Shown: positions 39,123-39,348 of the stretch, piece by piece
Layout of the letters: each line of letters starts with the position of its first letter
Numbering within the stretch: position 1 is the first letter of the stretch
IMG/VR virus record: IMGVR_UViG_3300034069_000986
Coordinates: 1 to 39,348 of that record
Source: a virus
DNA: 39,348 nt
Direction: 5' to 3' (one strand)
Made by a program: the position numbers and the translations under genes
The notes under the pieces: model-generated
The model's input: the letters and a program-made list of their open reading frames with translations, nothing else
What the model was told of the DNA's origin: nothing
The model's database searches: none

Positions 39123-39348
39123 ATGCACGAAAGCAAACCCACCGGATTCTGGCGCTTCGGCGCGCAAGTCGAAGGCATCAAGAAAAAGCAGCGCACCGTC
39201 AAACGGCACCTGTCTTGCGACAACCAGGGCCGAGACCTCATGGAATCGCCCGACCTGGACCCCAACCTGGCGAAGCAGCTCGCCGTTCAATGGATCAACG
39301 AACACTTTCCGCACCCGAAAGTAATCACCCGTCCCTACGCTACCGCCA
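39123..39348 (+). CDS. 5' part of the junction-spanning early gene (continues as 142-284 after the repeat)
   Basis: ATG 39123 is preceded by AAGGG 8 nt upstream (alternative ATG 39102 has no RBS). Same frame as ORF 33-284. Total 122 aa on the circle. Confidence 0.45.
   Translation, partial: MHESKPTGFWRFGAQVEGIKKKQRTVKRHLSCDNQGRDLMESPDLDPNLAKQLAVQWINEHFPHPKVITRPYATA
39208..39348. repeat. Terminal overlap, copy B (identical to 1-141)
   Basis: Same 141-nt string as the window start. The window ends exactly where the copy ends. Confidence 0.95.

Overview
The window is a complete, closed phage genome. Bases 1-141 are identical to 39208-39348, giving a unit length of 39,207 bp. It is a GC-rich, podovirus-like dsDNA virus of a Gram-negative host, judged from lipoprotein, spanin-like and periplasmic Cys-containing proteins and AGGAGG-type ribosome-binding sites (RBS).

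Plus strand:
- A chain of tiny early ORFs joined by 4-nt stop/start overlaps.
- A replication module: an AEP-primase/D5N/SF3-helicase fusion, an SNF2 helicase, three unknowns, a small helical protein, a ribbon-helix-helix (RHH) regulator, and a family A DNA polymerase with a 3'-5' exonuclease domain.
- A separate cluster of five small exported proteins at 36874-38204.

Minus strand: one uninterrupted late block of about 25.6 kb (36537 down to 10975). In order it encodes TerS, TerL, an unknown, a T7-type portal, a Bbp19-like protein, scaffold, major capsid, a putative decoration protein, tail tubular A and B, four internal/ejection proteins, two tail fibres, four unknowns, a lysis cassette (membrane protein, out-of-frame overlapping lipoprotein, GH24 endolysin) and a VRR-NUC nuclease.

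I saw no phage RNA polymerase, integrase, repressor, reverse transcriptase, tRNA or CRISPR array.

Most worth a second look:
1. The ~0.9-kb ORF-poor control region at 38205-39101. It holds a near-consensus sigma70 promoter with a 12-bp palindrome in its spacer, a GC-rich block with a 15-nt direct repeat, two AT-rich tracts, and at least 7 copies of a TGCCCYGRCAC motif. It is a candidate origin and/or a large noncoding RNA.
2. The same 12-bp palindrome in a second early promoter, 1.5 kb away.
3. The moron-like cluster of exported small proteins.
4. A 78-aa protein that from memory resembles Acb2/Tad1-type signal sponges.
5. A branched two-fibre receptor-binding module with a tandemly duplicated C-terminal domain.

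All homology calls come from motif recognition by eye, not from searches.
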